NCBI RefSeq assembly: GCF_964213995.1 | Contig: NW_027590138.1 | Coordinates: 1,240,001 to 1,304,000 of the forward strand | Reading direction: 5' to 3' | Length of the DNA: 64,000 nucleotides | Origin: Mustelus asterias | Taxonomy: Eukaryota | Shown here: piece by piece, positions 1 to 11,666 of the stretch | Position numbering within the stretch: position 1 is the stretch's first letter | Layout: each line of letters opens with the position of its first letter | Notes under the pieces: model-generated | Databases searched by the model: none | Told to the model about the DNA's origin: nothing | Seen by the model: only the letters and a program-made list of their open reading frames with translations | Program-made: the position numbers and the translations under genes

Positions 1-629
1 GAAAGATATCAGAAGCATTGGCATCAGAGAAAAATCTCCCAGTTGAGGAAATCCCCGGGGAGCGGGGGTGATGTCACTGTGCAATTGTAAGTATGCGATG
101 AGATCACAGACAGGAACACAGAATACCTGGGTCTGTGCAAACCAGTGATCACCACACATTATGGAGGATGTGAGGCTCCTTGACAGGGTGCAGAGGAGAT
201 TTATCAAAATGGTTTCAGGGATGAGGAATTATAGTTACAATGTTAGGCTGGATAACTTGGGGTTATTTCTATGATTCTTGGGGTTATTTCTATGATTCTA
301 TGAACTTGGGGTTGTTCTCCTTGGAGCAAAGTAGATTGATAGAGGTGTACAAGGGTACATGGAGGTGTCAAAGTTTACATGCTCTGTTTACACGTGTACA
401 AGCCCTGACTATGGGTCATCCAGTCTCGAAACGTTGGTTCTATTCTCTCTCCACAGATGCTGTCAGATCTGCTGAGATTTTCCAGCATTTATTGTTTTTA
501 TTTTCCTTTCTTTTTCCTTCTCTGCCACCGCTCTGCCTCATCAATAAGACATTGGGACTCAGGGTTGATGCAGTTTGATGGACAAGTTGTCTCCATTCTG
601 AACACTGGGGAACAAGCCCCTCCCACTGA

Positions 630-1060
630 TTGACAACATTGCCCTCTACAAACATGGCGGCCGCACGTGCGCACTGCTGCATATTGCCCCCAATAAAGAT
701 GGCGAACGTTAACCCGGGACGAACACGAGGAGCTGCAGCCCTTCTCGGTACAAACTGGGTCCGAGAAGTTCTCTTCCGCGGTTTGCGGCTGACACAACAT
801 GCTTACGCAGCGTTTCCACCCACCTGGACGATCCATTGCTCTCTCCGTACCTCCAGTCACCTCTAACAGATTTCCGAGTCCAAAACAAAAGTCGTTTCCC
901 ATCGCCATTACTCACACTGCGCATGCTCCAGTCAAAGCTGGCCCCGCCCCTCTTTCGCTCCCATTGGTTGGAGGACCGACCGCTCCACGTCGGTCCTCCA
1001 GCACTGTCCCCTCTTCCCATTGGTCCGCGCTGCCGTCAATCAGCCGGGCATTGTGACGGT
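630..1060 (-). promoter_or_regulatory. CpG-rich ZNF promoter cassette / probable non-coding first exon
   Basis: YY1-like ACATGGCGG and AAGATGGCG, NRF1-like TGCGCATGCTC (~918), GC box GGCCCCGCCCC, ATTGG boxes, possible minus-strand donor GTAAGC (~806). Confidence 0.7.
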
Positions 1061-1145
1061 GATTTGCTGCTTGTCCAATAATAACAGGAAGAAGTTTAAC
1101 AACACCAGGTTAAAGTCCAACAGGTTTATTTGGTAGCAAACGTCA

Positions 1146-1186
1146 CACAAGCTTTCGGAGCCTCAAGCCCCTTCTTCAGGTGAGTG
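1146..1186 (-). ncRNA. Hammerhead motif in the inverted Penelope repeat
   Basis: Reverse complement reads CACCTGAAGAAGGGGCTTGAGGCTCCGAAAGCTTGTG. Confidence 0.7.
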
Positions 1187-1297
1187 GGAATTCTGTTCAC
1201 AAACAGGGCTTATAAAGACACAGACTCAATTGACAGAATAATGGTTGGAATGCGAATCCTTGCAGCTAATCAAGTCTTAAAGGTACAAACAATGTGA

Positions 1298-2160
1298 GTG
1301 CAGAGCTTCCACTCTAAACACGTTAAAGAAGCCATCCCCTACGGACAAGCCCTCCGTATACACAGGATCTGCTCGGATGAGGAGGATCGCAACAGACACC
1401 TCCAGATGCTGAAAGATGCCCTCATAAGAACAGGATATAGCGCTCAACTCATTGATCGACAGTTCCGACGCGCCACAGCGAAAAACCGCACCGACCTCCT
1501 CAGAAGACAAACACGGGACACGGTGGACAGAGTACCCTTTGTCGTCCAGTACTTCATCGGAGCGGAGAAGCTACGGCATCTCCTCTGGAGCCTTCAACAT
1601 GTCATTGATGAAGACGAACATCTCGCCAAGGCCATCCCCACACCCCCACTTCTTGCCTTCAAACAACCGCACAACCTCAAACAGACCATTGTCCGCAGCA
1701 AACTACCCAGCCTTCAGGAGAACAGTGACCACGACACCACACAACCCTGCCACAGCAACCTCTGCAACACGTGCTGGATCATCGACACAGATGCCATCAT
1801 CTCACGTGAGAACACCATCCACCAGGTACACGGTACATACTCTTGCAACTCGGCCAACGTTGTCTACCTGATACGCTGCAGGAAAGTATGTCCCGAGGCA
1901 TGGTACATTGGGGAAACCATGCAGACACTGCGACAACGGATGAATGAACATCGCTCGACAATCACCAGGCAAGACTGTTCTCTTCCTGTTGGGGAGCACT
2001 TGAGCGGTCACGGGCATTCAGCCTCTGATCTTCGGGTAAGCGTTCTCCAAGGCTGCCTTCACGACACATGACAGCGCAGAGTCGCTGAGCAGAAACTGAT
2101 AGCCAAGTTCCGCACACGAGGACGGCCTCAACCGGGATATTGGGTTCATGACACACTATC
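1298..2160 (+). pseudogene. Penelope RT/GIY-YIG C-terminal fragment
   Basis: GIY-YIG motif; premature TGA at 2069 where the copy at 63730 has CGG/CGA and reads through. Confidence 0.85.
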
Positions 2161-2369
2161 TGTACTCCCCACAGCTTGCCTGGACTTGCAGAGTCTCACT
2201 GGCTGTCCTGTCTGGAGACAATACACATCTCTTTAGCCTGTCTTGATGCTCTCTCCACTCGCATTGTTTGTACCTTTAAGACTTGATTAGCTGTAAGTAT
2301 TCGCATTCCAACCACTATTCTGTAAATTGAGTTTGTGTCTTTATATGCCCTGTTTGTGAACAGAATTCC

Positions 2370-2411
2370 CACTCACCTGAAGAAGGAGCTTAAGGCTCCG
2401 AAAGCTTGTGG
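2370..2411 (+). ncRNA. Minimal hammerhead ribozyme motif in Penelope terminal repeat
   Basis: CAC-CTGAAGA-A-GGAGC ttaag GCTCC-GAAA-GC-TT-GTG: conserved core, stem II, palindromic AAGCTT stem III, CAC/GTG stem I. Confidence 0.75.
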
Positions 2412-4599
2412 CTTTTTCTACCAAATAAACCTGTTGGACTTTAACCTGGTGTTGTTAAACTTCTTACTGTGTTTACCCCAGTCCAACGCCGGCATCTCCA
2501 CATTAGCAATAACAGAGTCTCAGTGTAACAATGACACACACAGGCTCCAATACAATCAGAGTGGAGATGGGGCACAGAGACAACACAGCAAAGCACTGAC
2601 TTACTCTGAGTGTAACAAATACAATGTTTGTTCAAATAATAAGAGTCACGTTGCAGTATGTTAGCGAACACAGCATTGGATCCAATGTAATGGTAATACA
2701 GTCAGTATCTCGTGCACCATAACCAAAGTTTCGGTTTCATTTGATAGTGTGAGTGAGTCATGGTCTATTGATATAATGTATTTAGATTCCGGTGTGTGTT
2801 ACTCTGCCACTGTCATTATCAGACAATAGCCTGTCTGTTATTCCAATTCTGCTGTATTTTACAACTGCAGTTTCAGTGTCTCTGAGGTCATTTTAACTGC
2901 AGGTAATCTGACATTAATGGAGACAAGAGGCCCAACAAACATTTGATTATAATAGGAGGACAAAGTGTAAGGGAACAATGATATTTTAAGGTGTCTGTGT
3001 TGTGGTGAGTGTCACTGGGAGGTGAGTGATAAAATACAAGTGGAAACATCATGACAGAGACATGTGACTGACTCGGCCTGACTGAGAGCTGTTATACTCG
3101 AGGCGAGAATAATGAGGACATGGGGAACTCCAGGGATTTCTGATATCTGAGGTGTATCTGTTAGAGGAACTGAAAATAATCAGTTCTTCCTCATGGTTAT
3201 CTCCAGTTCTCAAGTTACACAGACACACAGGAAAGAGATCTGACAGCTCATCAAACCCAATATTTTAATCTTCTGTTTGAGACACATTATAATCGAAAAG
3301 ATCAAATATTAAAACCTGAGGAGAGAAACATTCAGAATGTCACAAGGATGAGTGAACTGTCTAATTAATCCCATTCACCATAACTTTGCCAATTTATCCT
3401 CTGCAAGTATTTATCCAATTCCCTTTGAAAGCTACTATCAAACTTGCTTCTAGCACCTGTCAGTTAGTGCATTCCAGATCATATGAAGTTATTGTGTAAC
3501 AAATTCTCCTTATCACCCCCTCCAGTTCTGTTGTCAATTAAATTAAATCTCTGTGTCCTCTGCTTACAGACCTTCCTGCACGGAGGAAATCGATTCTCTC
3601 CATCGACAAACCCTCGTGCTCCTGGGAGATAATTTCTCTCCATTGACACTATCATAAATTATTTGTCATTTTAAACACCTCTATTAAATCTCCCAGCACA
3701 TTCCCCAACCTAAGATGGATAACCCATGTTTCTCCTGCCCTGAAGAATTATATGGACTCAAAATGTTAACTCTGAACAGATGCCGCTGGACCTGCCGGGT
3801 TTTTCTGCTTTTCTCCCTGTCATTCCTTCCATAATCAATCAGAAACTCTTCATGATTTTGAACATCTTGATCAAATAGGAACAATCAGACCCTGAGAAAG
3901 ATACAGAGGGAGAGACAGAAAGAAAAATTGAGAGATTTTAAAAAGCAGAAAGATGAGGTGGTCAAAGATAAAAGCTGAGAAACAGAGGAAACAAGCAATA
4001 CAGAGAGAATGCTCTGTATGTAAGGGAGCAGGCTATCAGTTCCCAGCTGTGGGAAGCAGAGGGAACTCAGTAACTGATCCACAGACACAGCTGGTTATAT
4101 CTGCGAATGGAAACTCTGAACAGAAATAACTGGCTCATTTGTAAATGTCACCACAATGTGACCTGTGTGACTCTGCCCTGACTCTCTGGACAGATACAGG
4201 CCGCATTGACAGATGTTCTCACCAGATTGTGGTCCCTGGATTTATTTTCTGCTCAGAAGTGAGATGTGCGTTTTTGAACCGGCAGCAGAGAAGCAGGAAG
4301 TTGTGTTACCTGAGAATGAAACAGCCGGCGTCAGTTTGATGTTATCACCGTGAACAGTCTTCCTGCCTGTGAGGGTGAACTCACTCTGACAGCATCAAGA
4401 ACAACCACACAGATTGCTGCCGCTCTCAGCATTACATTCACCTCCATTCCCATTTTAAACAATAAAGAAAGGAGATTATTTGGATTTTTAACACATTCAC
4501 TGAATTGGGAGATGGACTGAGGGTCATCACTGGGAGAAATGAGGAGGAATTAGAGAACAAATGAGTTTTCCCAAAGAGGGTTATTAGAAAAGAGGAGAT

Positions 4600-5045
4600 T
4601 TAAAGTGAGTCAGGGCCTGTCAGAGGAAGTGGGAGAGAGAAACAGAGAGGATTGAATCTCCATCAATTAGATGTTTTCTCAGACAGCGAAGAGAGATGAA
4701 GTTTGTTTGTGCCTTTTCAGAGAGAGGTAACGAGAGAGAGAAAACAATGAATAAGTTTAAGCAGATCTGAAATAGGAAGGTTAAATGAGTGAGTGTTTGA
4801 AAGAAAGATAGAGAGACATTAAGTGATGAACACAGTATCTGAGAGGGAAGAGGTTAAGTGAATGAGAGAGGAGCGAGGTTAGAATGTAAGAGAGATGGAA
4901 GGTAACGTGTGAGTGAATGCCTGGAGAAAGAGAGAGAGAGAGATGTTCAGTGAGTGTTAGAGAGATGAGAGATGTTAAGTGATTGAGTTTCTGAAAGAGA
5001 GGAGATGTTGAGTGAGTGAATGTCTAAAAGAGAGGAGAGCAGGTT
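4600..5045. repeat. AG-rich low-complexity tract (paralog ~32780-33225)
   Basis: Degenerate GAGAGA / GTGAGTGA / GTTAAGTG units. Confidence 0.7.
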
Positions 5046-5952
5046 CACACCCAGGGGTCACTGAGAATGATCAAAATAAGGAGATCACCCAGAAAACTAC
5101 CAACAGGAAACTTCAGCTGAACACATCACTCATTCTTAAATGGTCAGTCAGGGCTCTGATGCTGCTCAGCTTCTCTCTGTTCTGTTTATAATGGTTAAAG
5201 GCTGATAGGAGTGAGGTTTATTTAATAGGATAGTGTATGGGAAGCACACATCAACAAAACTGAGAATTCGTGGACACACACTGCAGCTCCTTCTCTATCT
5301 GGGAATCAAATTGTTGTCTAATTGTCCCAGCAGTTAACAGGGTCCTTTGAACTTCTCCAGCTGCTACTTTAATGCAGACTTCAACCAATTTATTTGACGC
5401 CAGTTTCTGGTCAATAAACCAGGACTGACACACACACATTAAAATGTTTTACACTTTTTTTCATTCTAAGTCTGGAAACCTAAACCTGCCGTTTCACTCT
5501 CAGTCAGGAATAGATCCCAGTTTTACACCAATCTTTGTCAGCACGTTTCCCGCATTCACCGTTGTTCTTCCTGACTCTAAACACAGTTGTAAAGGAGCTT
5601 CTGTTCTGTGTCTGGGAGCTCTGAACCATGGAAAAGAACGACTGGGACACATTTCTTACACACCTCAGGATTCACCCACACGGGGACTTTGCTGTCAGTG
5701 AAAAGTGACGAAAAAGACCAAAGTGCTGTGTGACCCTCTCAGCGAGACCCTGAAGGACTGTGTCTAGAATGAAGTTCTGTTCCTACTGTATGATCCTCCC
5801 TCAGATTGCCCTTTCTGAGCTCCAGCCTGGTGACGTTAAACACTCAAATGGAAAAGACAAAAATCTACAACAATGATTCAATCAAATGTCTATTTCACAT
5901 TTATTCAGAATATCAAACCTCAACAGAAGAAAAAAGTCAGAGAGAACATGAT

Positions 5953-7099
5953 TCAGACCTGGATATGATTAACAGCATCAATAAGTGTAGAATCCAAACC
6001 TTGCAGTCGTTTGTGAACTCGCCGGTGTGTTAGCAGGTGGGATGACTGAATAAATCCCTTTCCACAGACATTACAGGTGAATGGCCTCTCCCCAGTGTGA
6101 ACTCGCTGGTGTTTCAGAAGATAAGATAAATGAGAAAATCCCTTCCCACAGACAGAGCAGGTAAATGGCCTCTCCCCACTGTGAACTCTCTGATGTGTCA
6201 GCAGGTTGGATGACTGACTGAATCCCTTCCCACACATGGAGCAGGTGAACGGCCTCTCCCCAGTGTGAACTCGCTGGTGATTCAATAGGTTGGATGAACG
6301 AGTGAATCCCTTCCCACACACGGAGCAAGTGAATGGCCTCTCCTCACTGTGAACCTGCTGGTGTGTCAGAAGGTTGTATGAACGGGTGAATCTCTTCCCA
6401 CATTCAGAGCAGGTGAACGGTCGATCCCCTGTATGGAGCTGCTGGTGTATCAGAAGGTTGGATGAATTAATGAATCCCTTCCCACAGTCTGAGCAGGTGA
6501 AGGGCCTCTCCCCAGTGTGAATTCTCTGGTGGTTCAATAGGGCAGGTGGACGGCTGAATCCCTTCCCACACACACAGCAGGTGAATGGCCTCTCCCCATT
6601 GTGAGTATATTGGTGCGTCAGCAGATCCTTTTTGTTTTTAAAGCTCTTCGCACAGTGGGAACAATTAAAAAGTTTGTTATCAGAGTGAACAAGTTGATGT
6701 GTCTGCAGGTGGGATGACTGAATGAATCCTTTCCCACACAGAGCAGGTGAATGGTCTCTCCCCAGTGTGAATACGTTGGTGCGCCAGCAGATCTTTTTTG
6801 CATTTAAAACTCTTCTCACAGTCAGAACATGTAAACATTCTCTCATCTGTGTGAACAGGTTGGTGTGTCACAATGTGGGATGAGCGAGTGAATCCCTTCC
6901 CACACACAGGGCAGGTGAACGGCCTCTCCCCAGTGTGAACCCGTCGGTGAGTCAGAAGGTTGTATGAATGGGTGAATCCCTTCCCACAAACAGAGCAGGT
7001 GAACGGTCTCTCCCCAGTGTGACTGCGCCGATGAACTTCCAGTTGTGATGGGAAACCGAATCCTTTCCCGCACTCCACACATTTCCACGGTTTCTCCAT
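5953..7099 (-). pseudogene. ZNF-A: 13 C2H2 fingers, frameshifted in finger 5
   Basis: ORFs 6680-7099 and 5953-6846 join if a CA is restored at ~6737 (TTCCCACACAGAGC versus TTCCCACACACAGAGC in the paralog at 35090); TGERP linkers; acceptor TTACAG|GATATT near 7451. Confidence 0.85.
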
Positions 7100-7939
7100 G
7101 GTGCCCTTGTGTTTCTCCAGGTTGGATGATCAGTTCAAGCCACATCCACACACACAACATACACGTAGTTTCACCCTGCTGTGAACTGTGATGTTTTTTC
7201 AGGCTGTGTAACTGGTTAAAGCTCTTTCCACATTCAGTTCACTGGAACACTCTCACTCGGGTGTGTGTTTGTCTCGATGCTTTTCCGGTCATACTGATGT
7301 TTAATTTATTTGCCCACAGGCAGAACAGACAAATATTTCTCTTTCTATATTCAAAGACCGATGATATTCAGCTCCGAAGGAACTGAATGACTTTGTCAGA
7401 TGTGATGTCCGGTTTGAGTTTTCTGTCTGCCAATCTTTCACTTCCAATATCCTGTAAAAACAGTTTAGAAAAGTTATCACTGTCAGAACACGATACAAAC
7501 TCTGAACAGACAATTCTAGTTTCTCTGGAACATTTTTTCCTTTCTTGTTCCCCCAAATCAGTAAATCCCCGTCCCACACACTCTCCCTCCTCCCTGGGCT
7601 GAAATCCAAACCCATCTCACCATTTCTTTCCTCCACTCCCAGTTTTCTCTCTCCCTCTCCTCTGTCTGGATTCAGTTCTCCAGCTCCTGTCTGCAGACTG
7701 ACAATAAAACCAATGGGTCTTACTGGGGGTGTTGGGGCCTCCAGCGGGTGTTTGTGAATCCTCCCCGCCCACCTCCCAGGGTTTCCTTCCTTCCCAGAGA
7801 TCAGAGTCCTCATTGATTTGAGGCCAAAGTGTAACCTCTTATTTATTGTCCCCCTCCCCCATCCTCTGATGTGAACCATCCTCCAGTGGCTGAGCCAGGA
7901 TGGGGCCGTTAACCTGGGCCTGTTCCCGGGAGGGAGGGA

Positions 7940-8620
7940 GGGAGGGAGAAGCCCCGCAGCTGCAAACCAGGGAGCTGACAATGATTCTGAAGGGTTTGCG
8001 GATCCACAAAGTGTTTCCAAATCCTCCCAGCCACCGCCTAACGCTGACTCCGCTTCTCCGGGACAAACAAGCGCCAAGGACAGCAATGACACTGCGCATG
8101 CTCCACATCACAATGCCCGGGCACTGATTGACGGCAGCTCCGGACCAATAGGAAGAGGGGGCGGGGCTGGGGGACCGAACGGGAGCGGCTGGTCCTCCAA
8201 CCAATCGGAGTGAATGAGGGGCGGGACTGGAGGACCGAATGGGAGCGGCTGGTCCTCCAACCAATCGGAATGAATGAGGGGCGGGACCTGAAGCATGCGC
8301 AGTGCGGGTGAACCAGATAAACCTGTTGGACTTTAACCTGGTGTTGTTTGACTTGTTGCTGTGTTTACCCCAGTCCAACGCCGGCATCTCCACATCACTG
8401 CGGGTAATGGCGACGGACGGCCGGTTTTAGTTTGGAAGCGAGATCAATACGAGGTAGAGGGCGGCGTGCGGGGAATGATAAATGTGGCGGGTGGGTCGAG
8501 AGGCTTTGTAAACATGTTGTTCAAACCCAAACCCCGGAAATGAACTTCCCGGTTCCCCCCCTTTGTACCAAATGGAGCGGCAGCTTGTAGTGTTAGACCC
8601 GGGCTGACTGCCGCCATTGA
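7940..8620. promoter_or_regulatory. Bidirectional CpG promoter cassette upstream of ZNF-A
   Basis: TGCGCATGCTC (8094), GCATGCGCA (8293), repeated CCAAT + GGGGCGGG modules, ETS CCGGAAAT, CGCCAT; inverted homolog of 690-1060. Confidence 0.75.
8310..8398 (+). mobile_element. Penelope 3'-terminal fragment inserted in the promoter
   Basis: ATAAACCTGTTGGACTTTAACCTGGTGTTG...GGCATCTCCACATCA flanked by TGCGGGT duplication. Confidence 0.8.
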
Positions 8621-8669
8621 GGCTGCATGTGGGAGGTCGGCAGGGATTGTGATCGGAGAGTGAAGCCCC

Positions 8670-8836
8670 GACGTCACAATGGAATGGCTGAGGGTGTGAC
8701 GTCACAATGGAATGGGTGAGGGTGTGACGTCACAATGGAATGGGTGAGGGTGTGACGTCACCATGGAATGGGTGAGGGTGTGACGTCACAATGGAATGGG
8801 TGAGGGTGTGAGGTCACAATGGAATGGGTGAGGGTT
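8670..8836. repeat. 28-bp minisatellite x6 containing CRE palindromes
   Basis: Unit GACGTCACAATGGAATGGGTGAGGGTGT; four perfect GTGACGTCAC sites. Confidence 0.92.
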
Positions 8837-8879
8837 CCAGATGAGCTGAGACTGGGCTGGAGTCGGGCGATGGCACTGA

Positions 8880-9043
8880 CATGTGGCACAGTGGTTAGTG
8901 CAGCTGCCTAACAGCGCCAGGGACCCGGGTTCAATTCCAGCCTCGGGTCACTGTCTGTGCAGAGTTTCTACATTCTCCCCGTGTCTGTGTGGGTTTCTTC
9001 CGGATGTTCCGGTTTTCCTTCCACAGTCCAAAGATGTGCCGGT
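8880..9043 (+). mobile_element. HE1-like V-SINE, 5' half
   Basis: A box TGGCACAGTGG, B box GGTTCAATTCC, V-core TTCTCCCCGTGTCTG; cut off by a Penelope fragment. Confidence 0.8.
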
Positions 9044-9420
9044 GTTGGACTGGGGTAAGCACAGTAAGTAATCTCACAACACCAGGTTAAAATCCAACAG
9101 GTTTATTTGGTAGCACAAGCCACAAGCTTTCAGAGCACTGCCCCTTCATCAGGTGAGTGGGAGTTCTGTTCACAAACAGGGCATATAAAGACACAAACTC
9201 AATTTACAAGATAATGGTTGGAATACGAGTCTTTAAACGTAATCAAGTCTTAAAGGTACAGACAATGTGAGTGGAGAGAGGGTTAAGCACAGGTTAAAGA
9301 GATGTGTATTGTATCCAGCCAGGACAGTTAGTGAGATTTTGCAAGCCCAGGCAAGTCGTGGGGGTTCCAGATAGTGTGACATGAACCCAAGATCCCGGTT
9401 GAGGCCGTCCTCATGTGTGA
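9044..9420 (-). mobile_element. Penelope 3' end with hammerhead motif (9121-9157)
   Basis: Reverse complement of ~2115-2485; HEDGLNRDLGFMSHYL; CTGATGA...GAAAGCTT on the minus strand. Confidence 0.85.
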
Positions 9421-9679
9421 TTGACAGATCCATGCTCACTGCTTCTTGCCCTGGATGCAGAGAGCTGAAAATTTCCATGCAGGATGCCAGACAGATAAAT
9501 GTCTACATTACTGGAGTAAAAATGTGTGGAATATACAGACCGAATTCACTTCATTTCCTTCAGTTGCTGCAAGTCCCCAACTTCCCCCAGAATGAGAAAA
9601 GAAATGGAAAGGGGGAAACATTGATTTCCTCCCAGATGTTGAACAGAGGAGGGAGTTTCACTCTGAAGCTCATTGGACA

Positions 9680-10124
9680 ACTTCCGCATTGTGACGTCAC
9701 AATAGTGTCCTGCCTGAATCAGCCAATAGGAATCACTCTGCTTCGCGGTGACGTCTCCGGGTTCCAGTTCTCAGGCCCGGGCGCGCGGACCCAGGAGCCC
9801 CGCCCCCACCCATTGTTCCCCTCCCCCTACACCTCCTTGAACCAAGGTTTCCAGGCAACCGGCTGACGGCTCCAGCAAGAGCGAGAAGCCGCTCAGTGAG
9901 CTCTCCCTCCCCCCGGCCCAGGACGACACATGTGCGAGGGAGAGGGGAAGCTGCGCATGTGCGGGGGAGAACCCACCCTCTGATCTTCAGGCTGAGGTGT
10001 TGACCAATGGGAAGAGTTGGAGGACCGGAAGGACTCTGGTCTTCCAGCCAATCAGAGTGTGGGCTTTGTGTGAATGAAGATTGATCTTCAGACAGACTCA
10101 AACTTCCTCCTGTCTCAAACATCT
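9680..10124 (+). promoter_or_regulatory. Promoter and non-coding first exon of ZNF-B
   Basis: CRE ATTGTGACGTCACAAT, CCAAT boxes, GC box, NRF1-like TGCGCATGTGCG; donor CT|GTGAGT at 10125; acceptor TTTCAG|GATATT at 11796. Confidence 0.7.
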
Positions 10125-10269
10125 GTGAGTAAAACACTTTCTCTTCAACCCCCTTTCCATTTCTTTTCTCATTCTGGGGGAAATTGGGGACTTGCAGCAA
10201 CTGAAGTGAAAGGAAGTGAATCCAGTGAGGGTGCAGACTCTGGAAAGGTTGGTCCAGGTTTCTCGCTCT

Positions 10270-11470
10270 CTCGAACCAGAAAATGATCCATTTCTGCCCA
10301 CTGTTTGCTGTTAGCCAATCTTCTATCCACGCCAATATGTTATCCCCACAGCATGAACTTTTATTTGCTGCAATAACCTTTGATGTGGCACCTCATCAAA
10401 TGTCTTCTGGAAATCTGAGTACAGCACATCCACCGGTTTCCCTTTATCCAATGCCCGATGGGGAATTTTAGAAAATTGAACAACACATCAACGATCTCAC
10501 TCTGTTAAGACCCGAGAATGAAGCCCAGCAGGACCCGAGGACTCATCAGCCCACAGCTCCAACAGTTTGCTGAGGACCACTTCCCTGGGAATTGTGCTTT
10601 TTCAGAGTTCATCCCACACTTCTGTTTTCTGATTTCCAGCTGTTTCTGAGTTTTAACTGTATCCTCTATTGTGAACACCGAGGCAAAATACTTGTTCAAT
10701 TCATCTCCCAGCTCCTTATTTTTCATTATCAATTCCTGGACTCACTTTCTATTAGACAGTTAAGAAATGAGGTGGAGCAAGTGACTGAAGTGTCAGTCAG
10801 GGAGCACTATTGGGAGCACCAATAGTTTCAAAATAGTTCAGGAAAAAGATAGGACAGGTCCACAGGTCAAGGCCCTAAACTGGAGCAGGGCCACTTTTGT
10901 GGGCATTAGGCAGGATCGAGCAGATGTCGATTAGGTGAGTTTGTTTGAAGGGAAAGGAATGACTGGCAAATGGGAGGTTTTAAAAGTGTGATATCAAGAA
11001 TCCAGGGGCAGTATATTCCTGTTAAGATGAAGGGAAAGAATGGTAAATTTAAGGATCTCTGGCAGACAAGGGACATTGAGGCTCTGGTCAGGTAAAAGAA
11101 GGAAGCATACATTGGGTTTAGGCAATCGGGGACAAGTGAATCACTCTGACTGTAAAAAGTGTAAGAAAATACTGAGGAGGGAAATCAGGAGGACAAAAAG
11201 AGGGTATGATATGGATCTGGCAGGTAAGATTAAAGAAAATTCCAAGAGGTTCTATAGCTATATTAAGAGTAAGACGGTGGCTAGAGAGAGAATAGATCCC
11301 CTTAAAAATCAGTATGGCCATCTGTGTGTGGAGCTACAGGAGATGGGTGAGATTTTTAATGAATACTTCTCCTCTGTGTTTACTGCGGAGAGCACCATGG
11401 GGGCTAAAGAAATAAGGGAAACAAGTGGTGATGTCTTGGGCACACGCTCGTTACTTGGGAGGAGGTATCT
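10270..11470. mobile_element. Old CR1 LINE fragments in the ZNF-B intron
   Basis: Minus strand LNKYFASVFT and AWIEDWL; plus strand KENSKRFYSYIKSK...NEYFSSVFT. Confidence 0.75.
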
Positions 11471-11481
11471 GTAGCCTTATA

Positions 11482-11666
11482 AAAGCAAATTACTGCGGAT
11501 GCTGGCGTCTGAAGCCAAGGGAGAAAATGCTGGAAAATCTCAGCAGGTCTAGCAGCATCTGTAAGGAGAGAAAAGAGCTGATGTTTCTTGACGAAATGAC
11601 CCTTTGTCAAAGCTCTGAAACATCAGTTCTTTTCTCTCCATCCAGGTGCTGCCAGACCTGCTGAGA
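11482..11666. mobile_element. Palindromic remnant of a second Penelope-type terminus
   Basis: Inverted arms CTCAGCAGGTCT..CAGCATCTG / CAGGTGCTGCCAGACCTGCTGAG; related pieces at ~405-500, 22185-22332, 44810-45040 and 59385-59495. Confidence 0.55.

Larger units (their letters stand above)
1088..2507 (+). mobile_element. 5'-truncated Penelope-like element with inverted terminal repeat
   Basis: ORF 1298-2071 encodes RT C-terminus plus GIY-YIG endonuclease (NVVYLIRC...WYIGET); 1091-1307 is the reverse complement of ~2250-2465; AATAACAG flanks both ends; absent from the paralogous site at ~29505. Confidence 0.92.
455..8245. repeat. Segmental duplication copy 1 (direct repeat of 28912-36800)
   Basis: Colinear near-identical sequence from TGCTGTCAGATCTG through the promoter, the AG-rich tract, ZNF-A and its upstream cassette; matching ORF pairs such as 5806/33989 and 4145/32328. 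Confidence 0.95.

Noticed and set aside
254-310. Short CTTGGGGTTATTTCTATGATT duplication
   Set aside because: CR1/SINE tail micro-insertion within an old CR1; ordinary
7301-8092. 263-aa minus-strand ORF as a ZNF N-terminal domain
   Set aside because: Runs through promoter and intron sequence, stops before the fingers, and is broken in the duplicate
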